From assembly GCA_025999275.1 (NCBI GenBank), contig AP024680.1, positions 318,393-382,392 of the forward strand: a stretch of DNA of 64,000 nucleotides, in the 5' to 3' direction. This DNA comes from Patescibacteria group bacterium (GTDB lineage Bacteria; Patescibacteriota; Microgenomatia; UBA8517). The stretch's first letter is position 1. Each line of letters begins with the position of its first letter. A model generated the notes under the pieces. It ran no database searches, had not been told where the DNA came from, and saw nothing but the letters and a program-made list of their open reading frames with translations. A program made the position numbers and the translations under genes. Positions 26,185 to 36,631 of this stretch are shown here, piece after piece.

Positions 26185-29100
26185 ATGCACAAAAATAAAA
26201 GACGGCTAATTGCCTTAATATCTGCCTTTTCGGTTTTAATTAACTCGCTCTCCTTTTAGTCTCCTTTGGTTGTTTTAGCTCAAGAAACACAGGAAGGGAC
26301 TCCTGTAGTTGAAAATCAGCCGCAACAGACAGAAACATCTACACCCCAGCCAACAGAATCAGTAGCTGAGACAAGTACTCCAAATCCTAGTGTTAGCCCT
26401 TCTTTAGAGCCAAGTCCTGCACCTAGCCTAGAGCCTTCTCCAATAAACAATCTTCAAACTGAAACCCCTACACCAACAGCAACACCAGCTCAGGAAGTTT
26501 TGGGAGCAGATACAAATACCACCACTCCTTTTCCCTCAACGCCGGCAAGCGAAGACAAGAATAAAGATGCTCATATCAATGCTGTGGTTTTAAGTGATGT
26601 TAGCGCCTCAAGTATTGATGAAGCTGATTTATCCTATCTTGAAAGTGCCACTAGCGCCACTTTGAGAACTGATAAATTTGACTATTCGCCGACTGATGCT
26701 GTTGTTATAACTGGCGAAGGATTTGCTCCAAATACCGAGTATGAATTGGTCATTACTTCTGGTACTGGTAATTTTAGATTTTCTGATCGTGTCACCTCTG
26801 ATGAATCAGGTGGGCTTTTCTATACCTATCAACTCGACGGCACCTACAGGCCGGAGTATAAGGCGGAAGTGTTTGATTTGTTGGGTGGTGTAGCTGCTTC
26901 GGTCAATTTTTCAGATAGTGATAAAGTTCGTCTTTGCCATCGTACCAAATCTGATAGTAACCCATATGTTTACTTAGAGGTGAATATTAAAAATAACGGA
27001 GATTTGAAAGGTGGCCACCTTAATCATACCGGACCAATATGGTATCCTGGCATTCAAGGCAAATGGGGAGATATTATCCCTCCCTATTCCAGTGGTAATT
27101 TTAACTACTCTGGGATGAACTGGGATGCTAATGGTCAAGCTATTTGGAACAATGGTTGTAAGTTGCAAATAGCTTGTCAAGAAGGTCCCAGTTGGACAAG
27201 TGATGTGATCTCTTTTAATCAAGGTAAGAATAAAGATGGTTCTGATGTACCAGAAGAAAGATCTGATCCCTATAATGCATTAGGAAAACCTGACAGTTTT
27301 GGTAATGATGTTAATTTTGTTAGTCTTGGTAAAGGTGGCTCCATTGTTCTGGTTTTTCTTGGATGGGTGAAAGATAAAGAAGGTAATGATCTTTCCTTCC
27401 ATGAGGTTACTTGGGGTAGAGAAAACTATCCTGAAGAGAAAGCAAAAGTAGAGGTAAGCCAAGATGGCGATAGTTGGTATGGAGATTGGATTGTAAGCAG
27501 TAAAGCTACAAATGGTATTGGTTATATTGATTTTTCTTCAACTAGGTTGTCTTGGGTAAAATATGTAAGGATTACCGATACTACAGATTTTAGTCTTCAT
27601 ACTAATGATGCTGATGGATATGATCTCGATGCGTTAGATGCGGTTTATCAGCTGTGTAGTTTACCTTCTCCTTCACCGACTTTATCTCCTTCTCCTACTC
27701 CAGCTCCTTATTGTGGAGATGGCGTCAAGAATGGTCAAGAACAATGCGATGGGTCTGATGGGGTTGGTCAAAATCAATTTTGTACCAAAAATTGCAAACT
27801 TATTCCAATTTATGATGGATTTCATTCTTGTCCCGCTGGAACGGTTAAAAGTCAAAGTCCTGTTTTATCAAAGACAATATCCGCAACCGATTCTGATGGA
27901 GAAACTTTTAACCTGACTGCTGGAGGAAAATATCTTTTTGAAGTTAGTGGTGTTTACAGCTATGATAAGAGCAATTCTGCTAAATGGGCCGATGCTGCCT
28001 ATGCTACTGACAATAATTGGTCTAGCGCTAGATCTGATATTGGTATTTGGGAAACAAATAGAGGTGTAACTTCTCTACTTGCTGATTTTGGTAAGGGGGT
28101 GGGTGTTGTTGAGTGGGATGATAATCAAGTATATAATTCTGACCATACTTATCAAAAGTATTATTCTCCAACTACCAATTCAGTTAAGTTCTTAATAAGC
28201 GATTGGTACGATGAATGGTACAGCTCGCCATATAATAATCAATCAGCAATGTCTGATAATTCTGGTAGCTTAAGTTTAGATGTTTATGAATGCCAACCTG
28301 TATCAGAAGTTACTGTCTGTAAATATGACAATGAAGAACACCCTTTGAGTGATTGGCGAGTTTATCTTTTAGGAGATAAAGTAGGAAATACTATTTCTGT
28401 TCCTTCTAATGGCACTGTAGTTAACGCTGGTTCTTATCCAAATGATAATTATGTTCTTTTGGCCTCGGGTACTTATAACTATGGGAATGATCGGATGAAT
28501 GCTGATGCGGCTAATTCTTATCGTTATGTTGGACTTCCTTGCAGTGGGCCAACTGATGGGTGGGTGAGTGGAGAGTCTTCTTGTATGGGAAATTATCTTT
28601 CTTTGAATTTTTCAACTAGCGGGGGGCCAACAGCTCCCGGATGGGGAGATTACTACAACCCCGATCATATATATGCAAAATTTTTTGCCGGCGGCGGTTT
28701 GAATTTAAAAGTTTGGGATAGGTGTAGTAGTAATCAAGTGGAAGGATGTTATGGTGATAATGAAGGATCTTTAAGTCTTGATATTTATAAAGGTTTTGTT
28801 GGCGATACAGGGGAAAATGGATGTGTAACATTTACTAACGTTCCTTATGGGGCATATCAATTAGGTGAAATTTTACAGGAAGGATGGCAGAAAGTCAGTG
28901 GTTCGGGTGAGGTAGTAATTGACAGTGATGAGGAAAATTTTGATTTAATTAATAATGAATTGCCTAAAAAAGGCAATCTAAAAGTTTCCAAAGTCGTTGA
29001 CTGGAAAAATGTTACGCCAGACACTTCTAAAACTTTTGAAATTTGTATAACAGGACCTTCTTATCCTAATCCTGATTGTAAAACAGCTGATTATGATGGT

Positions 29101-32100
29101 GAAACACTTGAATGGAAAGATATTTTAGCTGGTGATTATACTGTAACAGAAACCACTCCAACAGGCGGTTGGATAGTAACAGGGTCAGGTCAAACTGTAA
29201 CTGTTAATAAAGATCAGACTTCTTCTGTTGAAATAAAGAATGAAGCAAATTCGATTATCATTAAAGCCTATAAGGTGGTTTGTGATAGCGAGCAATATTT
29301 GCCAAACTGGGGAAACCATGGAAGCGTGATTGGCGCTAATACAGCTCAAAGTTTTGTTAATAATTCTCAAGGCCATTGCCGGCTTGAGGATGGATGGAAA
29401 TTCCAATATGCACCTAAGGGTTCTGGTAGTAATGGTGCATTTCAAACCAACACACAGGAGTTGGGAACTCCTTGGACAACTTTCGGTCCTACTGTTGGCG
29501 GCGAAGCAGTAGCTGTAATAAATGATATTTCTAATTTTGATGGTCGAATTGAAACGAGAGAAGTTTTTAAAGACAATACCTATATTCCTTTTTCAAACAG
29601 TAGTAATAATGTAAGTGCGGAATTTTACTGCACTGGTGATACGTATAATTATGACAACTGGGAGTGGATAAATAACCCGCAATACGGCAGCACCTACTAT
29701 TGTGTTGCTTTTAATGCCAAGAAAAGCACTGTAATTTCAGGGAGGAAGTTTAATGATTTAAATTACAATGGTAAAGATGATGAAGAGCCTGGCCTTGAAA
29801 ACTGGAAAATTTTGGCGGCTCAAAAGGTAGATGAAGTTAATGTTTCGGCAAAAGATATGCCAACAGTTTCTTCAAATATTCCTTTGATCTCTGGTCAAGA
29901 GTATCTTTTAAGAGTTTCCGGGACTTATCAAGCCGGAGATAATATTACAGCCGATGCAAAATACTCAGTTCGTAGCCCAAATACTTACTGGACTGATTAT
30001 GTTCAAAATTATCAATCTTATGGACCAACTCTTTTAGATTTGCAAATTAATAATAATTCTTATGACTGGGGAAGTTATAATCCAAATCATGTTTATTGGT
30101 TAATTCTTTCTGGTGGTGGTTCGCCAATTAATTTTAGGCTTAATGATATTTATCCATCAAATAATTCAGGATCTTTAAATGTTAAAATTTATAAAGTCAT
30201 TTCCGAAACAACTACCGCAAACGATGGAAGTTATCAGCTAACTTTAACCAGTGATCCTGGATCAGATATAATTGTGGCTGAAGAAACTCAAAGCGGTTAT
30301 ATGCAAATCACTCCAAATGGCGAAAATTTTGGTTACTGCAATGTCACTTCATACCAAGAAAATAAATGTAATTTCGGTAATGCTTTAGCTTATGGTTCAA
30401 TTTATGGTTATAAGTATGATGAAGATAGAGAAACTGGACTTGGTGGCTGGACTATATTTATAGATGATAATAATAATGGTATTTTGGATCAGGGTGAGAA
30501 AGACGCTACCACAAGTGATGATGAAAAAAACAATGGCTATTATGAGTTTAATGGTCTAACGGCAGGGACATATTCTGTTTGTGAGGTAGAGCAAGAAGGC
30601 TGGCAGAGGATGTATCCCCTTGGTTCTAACTGTCAATCTGTGACAATTACTTCTGGATCTAAATTTGAGGTTGATTTCCAAAACAGGAAAGTTGTTTTGG
30701 GGCTTAGTCTTACAAAGTCAAACGATGCCGCAACTGCCTTGTCTGCTGGAAGCCAAGTTAATTATACTTTAAAGATTAAAAATACAGGTAATCAGAAATT
30801 GACTGGAGTTATTATCAAAGATGCTCCTGCTGGTGGATTTACTTATGTTGATGATAGTGGCATTCTTGATAGCAATCCGATTAATCCTACTCAATTGGGG
30901 GGCTATCTTGACTGGTATATTGGAGATCTTGATGCAGGAGAGGAAAAAGTGTTGTCTTACAAGATGTCAACTAATAGTGGCATGATCTCTGGCATTTATC
31001 CAAATGTTGCCATAGCGACTGGAATTTATACACCGTCTGAATATCAACCTGAAGAGGTGGTTACAAATAGATCCTTGGTAGTTGAAGCATTGGCTGTTGA
31101 TGGTGACTCTGGGGAAGAAAGGGTTGAAAGCAATGCCGGTGTTCCCGTTAACTCTCAGGTTGAAATTAAGGCTCCTTTGGCTTACTCAACTGGAGTTGGG
31201 GGAACAGGGGGGCAAGTTTTGGGCGCATCAACTGAGGCCGGTGAAGTTTTGCCTGCTGCTGGTTCTGATAGCCGAATAGTTTTGTTTGCTCTCTTGGGTC
31301 TTATTTTGGGAGCTTTGCTTAAAGTTTCAGGATTAGCTCTAGAGAGAAACTGGGTAGATTATAGGAAATTAAAGAAAAATATTAAAAGAATGGGTAGTTT
31401 TATTGCAGTCTTGATTTTCCTTCTTGGTTTTGCCCCTTCTGCTAGGGCTTTCTCTGACTATGTTTATATAACTCAACTGCCAGCTTATCTAAACAAGGAA
31501 GATTTCAAAATTTCCTATTCCGCTCTTTCTGAAAACCCAATTTCTGCTCAGTTTTATATTAGGAAAGACGGGGATTCAAGCTGGAGGACTCTTGGTTCTT
31601 CTTTGTCTGGAGCCTCGGGATATGTGCAAGTTCATGGCGGGGATATTTACAATGGTGATGGTAAATATTTCTTCAAGGTGGTTATAAATAGCGGGTCGGC
31701 TGAAGATCAAACTTCAACCATAATTGACAGACAGTCTCCTGATCCAGTTCGTGATTATTGGAAAGAGAAGTTAGGGGATGGACATTACAAGCTTCATTGG
31801 AGAAATCCTGACAATGAGGATTTTGATAAGGTAATAATTTATCGCTCGGATAGTACCAATTTTACGGCTGATTCCTCAACTGAGATAGCCACAGTTTGGG
31901 GGTCAAGGAATTCTGAAATGACTTATGAGAATGCCGCAGTAGCAGGAAAAGAATACTATTTTGCCATTAGGGCAATTGATAAGGCGGGAAATGCATCAAG
32001 CGTTGTTGCTGATCCTGAGACACAAGTTTCAGCAGGTGCTGTGTTAGGTGAGTCAACGGTGGCAACCGGTTCTCCTAAAGCAGAGGTGGTCAAGATTTTG

Positions 32101-32319
32101 CCAAAAGAAGAAAAGAAGGGTGAGGTTTTAGGCGAGGAGAATAGAGAGGAGGAGCCAGTTTCTTCTCCAACACCTGAAGTTCAAGAACAATCAGGCGGTG
32201 TTTTGGGCCAGGCAATAAAATTTGCCAAAGATAGAACAAAAATTACTCTTCTTATCGCTCTTGGCCTTGGGATTGTTTCTTATTACCTGTCTCGTCTTTG
32301 GAAAAAGAATAAGAATTAA
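26185..32319 (+). CDS. Giant surface adhesin/polyprotein (Cna-B/SdrD-B-like, LecA-like repeats, DUF11, Fn3-like); in-frame TAG at 26257
   Basis: ATG 26185 is in frame with ORF 26266-32319 and encodes a signal peptide interrupted by TAG. Motifs include CGDGVKNGQEQCDG, D.NNNG..D.GE, LTKS...V.YTL.IKN.G, LPAAG+TM, YYFAIRAIDKAGNAS and a C-terminal TM. Confidence 0.85.
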
Positions 32320-32321
32320 GT

Positions 32322-33041
32322 TTGGTAAGAAAAAAATACAAAAGAATACTTCTTAAACTCACAGGTGAATTGTTTGGTGACAAGTTTGGTAAAGGCCTTG
32401 ATTTTGCCTCAGTTGATAGAATAGCTAGACAGATTATAAATATTCACAAAAATACCGGTCTTGAATTGGCTATTGTTGTTGGTGGTGGGAATATTTTTAG
32501 AGGAAGAGAGAGGGCATCTGATGTTGATGAGGTCACTGCTGATTATATGGGTATGCTTGCAACTGTTATTAATGGTTTGGCTTTGCAGGAGTCTTTGGAA
32601 AGACAGGGAGTTGAGACGCGAATGATGACGGCTTTTGAAATAAAAGCGGTGGCTGAGCCTTATATTAGAAGAAGAGCAATTAGGCATCTTGAGAAGGGTA
32701 GAATTGTTATTCTAACTGCAGGTGTTGGCAGTCCATTTTTTACTACAGATTCAGCTGCTGCTTTGCGTGCGGTTGAGCTTAAATGTGATATTGTTTTCAA
32801 AGCAACGGATGTTGATGGTGTGTATTCTGCAGATCCTCAAAAGGATCCCAAGGCAAAACTCTACAAGAGAATTTCTTTTGATAAGGCTCTTAAAGAGGAC
32901 TTGCAAGTTATGGATGCAACTGCTTTTGCGATTTGTCGTAAAAATAAAATGCCAATTTTTGTTTTTAATATTAAAAAACTCGATAAAATTTCCTCTATCG
33001 TTTTAGGAAAAGAGGATGTCTTTGGTACTTTAGTTGGTTGA
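32322..33041 (+). CDS. pyrH: Uridylate kinase
   Basis: RILLKLTGE, VVGGGNIFRG, DYMGMLATVIN, PFFTTDSAAALRA, DGVYSADP. Confidence 0.97.
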   Translation: MVRKKYKRILLKLTGELFGDKFGKGLDFASVDRIARQIINIHKNTGLELAIVVGGGNIFRGRERASDVDEVTADYMGMLATVINGLALQESLERQGVETRMMTAFEIKAVAEPYIRRRAIRHLEKGRIVILTAGVGSPFFTTDSAAALRAVELKCDIVFKATDVDGVYSADPQKDPKAKLYKRISFDKALKEDLQVMDATAFAICRKNKMPIFVFNIKKLDKISSIVLGKEDVFGTLVG

Positions 33042-33059
33042 CAAGGTCCGTCCTTGTCA
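33039..33059. repeat. 21-bp REP-like palindrome, type B, providing both convergent stop codons
   Basis: TGA 33039-41 ends pyrH; TCA 33057-59 is the stop of the - strand GT gene. Confidence 0.88.
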
Positions 33060-34538
33060 GTTGATAATTTGATATAAAAGTAAGGAATCTGTTGGGTTTT
33101 CTTTCCATGGAGGCTTGGGAATCTCTTTTATTAAGTTTAGATTGGGATTTTGAACAAGGTTTGATTTGTGGATTACAAAATAAACAGGTTTTTCTTTAAG
33201 TTTTTCATAAACATAAGATTCGATTTGTGAGCTACTATACCAAACTTCAATATTTTTGTTTTTGCCGATATAAATCTCAAGTCCGTCAGGCAATGTTCCA
33301 AAGGCACCAGCTGTAACAACTAAAATTTTTTGATCTTTTGCTTTCTCTTTTAGAAAATTAGCCATTTCTTTTATTCCATAACCTGCTGTCCATCCTTCAA
33401 AGTACCCATCTTTTTCTTTTTTAGGTAGATTGGCTTGCCATGGTTTTGTAATAAGCTGATAATCAAAAATTATTGCTGGGATTAAGACCAGAGTGGTTAG
33501 AGTGCTAAAAACAGCCTTTCTGTTTTTGGCTATTTTTTCTGATATTTCTGCAAAAGACCAACTGGCAAGAAAGATGAATGTAACTATACTTGGTAGAATA
33601 TATCTTGCCGTGTAGGTTTTAAGAAGAGCAGTAAGTATAATGAAAGGAATAGCTCCCCAAAGGAAAATTATTATGTTTTCCTTTTTCTTTTTGTAAAGGG
33701 AGAGAAAAATTGCAAATATAAAAGTTAAGAAAACAGGCCAAGTCATCAATTTGGTAAGAAAAACAAAACCTTCTTTGGTGTTGCCTATAAATGGATCAAG
33801 TGGTTTCTCCCAGAGTCGCGATATGGGGAAATGATAATACTCATTTCTTTTTCCAAGTTGTTTGAAATAGGGGCTAATTCTAAGTGAATTGTATAGGCAC
33901 AATCCTATTATTGCTGATAAAGTAAGTCCCAAAATTGATTTTGTTAGTTTCTTTTTATTTTTAAAGTCGGCTTTTATTAAAGCTAGTGGAAGTAGAAAGA
34001 AATTAAACATTCCGGGTGTTTTGGTTAGTATTGAAGCTCCTAAGATTAGTCCTAGAAGTATTATATTTTTGGCTGACGGTTTTTCTACCGTCTCAAGAGC
34101 AAGAATTAGTGACCAAAATGAAAAAGCAGCAAGCATCGAATCGGTTAATGCCATTCGATCAAAAAATACCAAAAATGGAGTAAAGGTAAAAAATAGAGCA
34201 GCAACCAAAGCTGTTTTTGGTTGGAAATACCTTTTGGAGAGATAGTATGCTCCATAAAGTGTGAGAAGGCTTATTAAGATTGAGACTATTCTTCCTGCCA
34301 GAAGAGGATCGGATATAATTTTTAAGCTTGGCACAACCAACCACATAAATAGTGGAGTTTTACCATCGACAAGTGGAATAAATAAATTAATTTTGGGATT
34401 TTCGATGATTTTTTGCGCCCAATGGATATAGATTGCCTCATCACAAAATACTGGCTGTAGATTGAGGTTGTAGGTTCTGATCAGAAGGTAAAATGTGATG
34501 ATTAAAATGGCAGATAAAAAAAGTTTTTTGTGCTTCAT
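33057..34538 (-). CDS. GT-C fold glycosyltransferase (ArnT/PMT_2-like)
   Basis: FCDEAIY (DE motif after TM1), K.PLFMW, R..S, multiple TM helices. Confidence 0.8.
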   Translation of the reverse strand: MKHKKLFLSAILIITFYLLIRTYNLNLQPVFCDEAIYIHWAQKIIENPKINLFIPLVDGKTPLFMWLVVPSLKIISDPLLAGRIVSILISLLTLYGAYYLSKRYFQPKTALVAALFFTFTPFLVFFDRMALTDSMLAAFSFWSLILALETVEKPSAKNIILLGLILGASILTKTPGMFNFFLLPLALIKADFKNKKKLTKSILGLTLSAIIGLCLYNSLRISPYFKQLGKRNEYYHFPISRLWEKPLDPFIGNTKEGFVFLTKLMTWPVFLTFIFAIFLSLYKKKKENIIIFLWGAIPFIILTALLKTYTARYILPSIVTFIFLASWSFAEISEKIAKNRKAVFSTLTTLVLIPAIIFDYQLITKPWQANLPKKEKDGYFEGWTAGYGIKEMANFLKEKAKDQKILVVTAGAFGTLPDGLEIYIGKNKNIEVWYSSSQIESYVYEKLKEKPVYFVIHKSNLVQNPNLNLIKEIPKPPWKENPTDSLLLYQIIN

Positions 34539-34648
34539 TTTTATAATAATACCATTTTATAAATCTGCAACCCAAAAATTTTGGGGTAAATTAGACAAGA
34601 TAGATCTGGAAATTGTGGCTATTAACTTGATATTTATTTGTAGTTTAT

Positions 34649-34693
34649 TGACAAGGTCTGTTCTTTTCAATGGACAGGGTCGGACCCTGTCCA
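34649..34693. repeat. Tandem doublet of degenerate type B and type A palindromes
   Basis: TGACAAGGTCTGTTCTTTTCA (34649-69) then TGGACAGGGTCGGACCCTGTCCA (34671-93), just 3' of tRNA-Ala. Confidence 0.8.
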
Positions 34694-34698
34694 ATTTG

Positions 34699-34769
34699 TG
34701 GACTTACCGAGAATCGAACTCGGATCTCGCCCATGCGAAGGGCGCGTTTTGCCATTAAACTATAAGCCC
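34699..34769 (-). tRNA. tRNA-Ala(CGC)
   Basis: Acceptor GGGCTTA/TAAGTCC with G3:U70, anticodon arm CGCCC-TTCGCAT-GGGCG, T-loop TTCGATT; CCA not encoded. Confidence 0.95.
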
Positions 34770-34830
34770 TCTTTGGTATTATACCATTTATTGCTTGAAT
34801 TAAACCTTTTTTGAAGTTAATATTTAGATA

Positions 34831-35826
34831 ATGTCTATCTATAATTTTTTAGTTCATCTTTTTATACCTCATTATTCCAATAATCAAAAACCAAAGCTTT
34901 TACATCCTTCGACTTTGTTGGTTTTTGCTTTTATCTTGTCTTTTTTGCAGGTCTTATTGCATTTTCTTCCCAAAGCTGGAGTTCGGGTTTTGGGGTATGC
35001 GGCTAATATTTCAGTTGATGAGGTTTTGCGTTTAACAAATCAAAAAAGGCAGGAAGCAGGTTTACCTCCTCTTAAACTTGATCCGGTTTTAAATCAAGCT
35101 GCCAAAAACAAGGGGGAGGACATGCTTGCCAAAGATTATTGGGCTCATGTTTCTCCTGACGGAGTTGAACCTTGGAAGTTTTTTCTTGATGCTGGTTATA
35201 AATACCGGTATGCAGGTGAAAATTTAGCGCGTGATTTTTCAAACGCCGCTTCGGCTGTCGATGCTTGGATGGCTTCACCTTCACACCGAGAAAACCTACT
35301 TTCGCCAAAATATGAGGATGTTGGTTTGGCTGTAGTTGAGGGTGATTTGGGTGGGGTTGATACAACTATAATAGTTCAGCTTTTTGGGACAAGGTTGGCA
35401 GGGAGTGGAGAGGTTAGTCCAGTTGCTAAGAAAGAAGAGCGGACTCTATTGTCTGCAAAGGCAAAGGTTCAAGAGCAAGAAATAAAACCAACCCCTATAC
35501 CTGATGAATATAAAAAATCAGAAATTGAGCTTTCCCCGATTCCTGTGTTTGAGGTTGGTAAACCAGTAGTGCTTGAGGCGGGTAGCGCCTTGGGTGAAAA
35601 CAATTTTGCAACACCACTTCCTGCATTTTTAATTTCTCCATTTGGTTTATTTAAGAGTCTGTCTTTGTATCTAACACTGGTATTGATTCTGGTATTTACA
35701 ATTGATGCAATAATAGTATCAAGGAAGAATATTACAAGGGTCTCGGGTCGTTCTTTTGCTCATATTTCTTTTTTGGGAATGATTTTGGCAGTGATTTTAA
35801 TTCTTAGGGCAGGAAAAATATTATGA
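34831..35826 (+). CDS. CAP/SCP domain membrane protein
   Basis: TNQKRQEAGL..L, YWAHVSPDG, AGENLARDF, AWMASPSHRENLL, VQLFG. Confidence 0.88.
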   Translation: MSIYNFLVHLFIPHYSNNQKPKLLHPSTLLVFAFILSFLQVLLHFLPKAGVRVLGYAANISVDEVLRLTNQKRQEAGLPPLKLDPVLNQAAKNKGEDMLAKDYWAHVSPDGVEPWKFFLDAGYKYRYAGENLARDFSNAASAVDAWMASPSHRENLLSPKYEDVGLAVVEGDLGGVDTTIIVQLFGTRLAGSGEVSPVAKKEERTLLSAKAKVQEQEIKPTPIPDEYKKSEIELSPIPVFEVGKPVVLEAGSALGENNFATPLPAFLISPFGLFKSLSLYLTLVLILVFTIDAIIVSRKNITRVSGRSFAHISFLGMILAVILILRAGKIL

Positions 35827-36080
35827 AATACAATTTAAGACATTTACCACATTATTTTGGGTTAATTGGAATTTTTATTGTAGGTATATTTGGCTTTTTA
35901 ATTTTTTCCTATGACAGAACTTTTCAGGCAGCTGTTTTGGTTTCTGTTGCGGTTTCTTATGTTGTTTGGGGAGTGATTCATCACAAAATCCACAAAGATT
36001 TTTATATTTCTGTTTTGTTTGAATATATAGCTGTAGCCATTTTGGGATTGATTATTATTTTTTCCCTACTTTTCGCCTAA
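35823..36080 (+). CDS. Small membrane protein
   Basis: Three TM helices, YVVWGVIHH; ATGA overlap with the upstream gene. Confidence 0.7.
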   Translation: MKYNLRHLPHYFGLIGIFIVGIFGFLIFSYDRTFQAAVLVSVAVSYVVWGVIHHKIHKDFYISVLFEYIAVAILGLIIIFSLLFA

Positions 36081-36124
36081 TTTAGTTTGCTTCAGAAGGC
36101 ATCTTGGTAGTATAATTTCTTTAT

Positions 36125-36631
36125 ATGAAAGATAAAAAGGATATTATTTTTATAAGTCCGACGAAGGGGCAGGTTGGAATTCAAGATCTAGTCAAAGAGT
36201 TGGCGGATTTTGTAGAAGATGATCCTATGGCTTTTTATCGGTTGGTAATTGGGACAGATTCACAAGTCCATAGAATTAATGGTAAATCAGAGGTTGATTT
36301 TGTGACTGCTGTTGTGGTTCATCGACAAGGCCGTGGAGCAAGGTATTTTTGGCATAAGAAAAAAGTTTTTGTTAAGCAACCGGTATTAAGAGACAGGATT
36401 TATACAGAAACCTTGATGTCTTTGGATTTGGCTCAAAGAATAGTCCCTGAGGTTAGGAAGTTAATTACGGCAGCGAAATATGATCTTGAGATACATATTG
36501 ATGTTGGTGCTTTGGGCCAAACCCGAGAAATGATTAAGGAAGTTGTGGGGATGGTTAGTGGCAATGGTTTTGTAGCAAAGACTAAACCTGAAAGTTGGGG
36601 AGCCTCTTCTGTTGCCGACAAGCACACTTGA
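36125..36631 (+). CDS. RNase H-like YkuK (DUF458) protein
   Basis: VIGTDSQ, TAVVVHR.G.G..YF, RIYTET..S, EIHIDVG..G.T, KP.SWGASSVADKHT. Confidence 0.88.
   Translation: MKDKKDIIFISPTKGQVGIQDLVKELADFVEDDPMAFYRLVIGTDSQVHRINGKSEVDFVTAVVVHRQGRGARYFWHKKKVFVKQPVLRDRIYTETLMSLDLAQRIVPEVRKLITAAKYDLEIHIDVGALGQTREMIKEVVGMVSGNGFVAKTKPESWGASSVADKHT

Noticed and set aside
26257-26259. Genome-wide TAG recoding or pyrrolysine
   Set aside because: TAG terminates several conserved genes here (ftsX, greA, FKBP, sortase), and no pyl genes are seen.
34699-34769. tRNA genes as prophage/ICE attachment sites (also 59345-59417)
   Set aside because: No integrase and no duplicated tRNA 3' end were noticed in the window.
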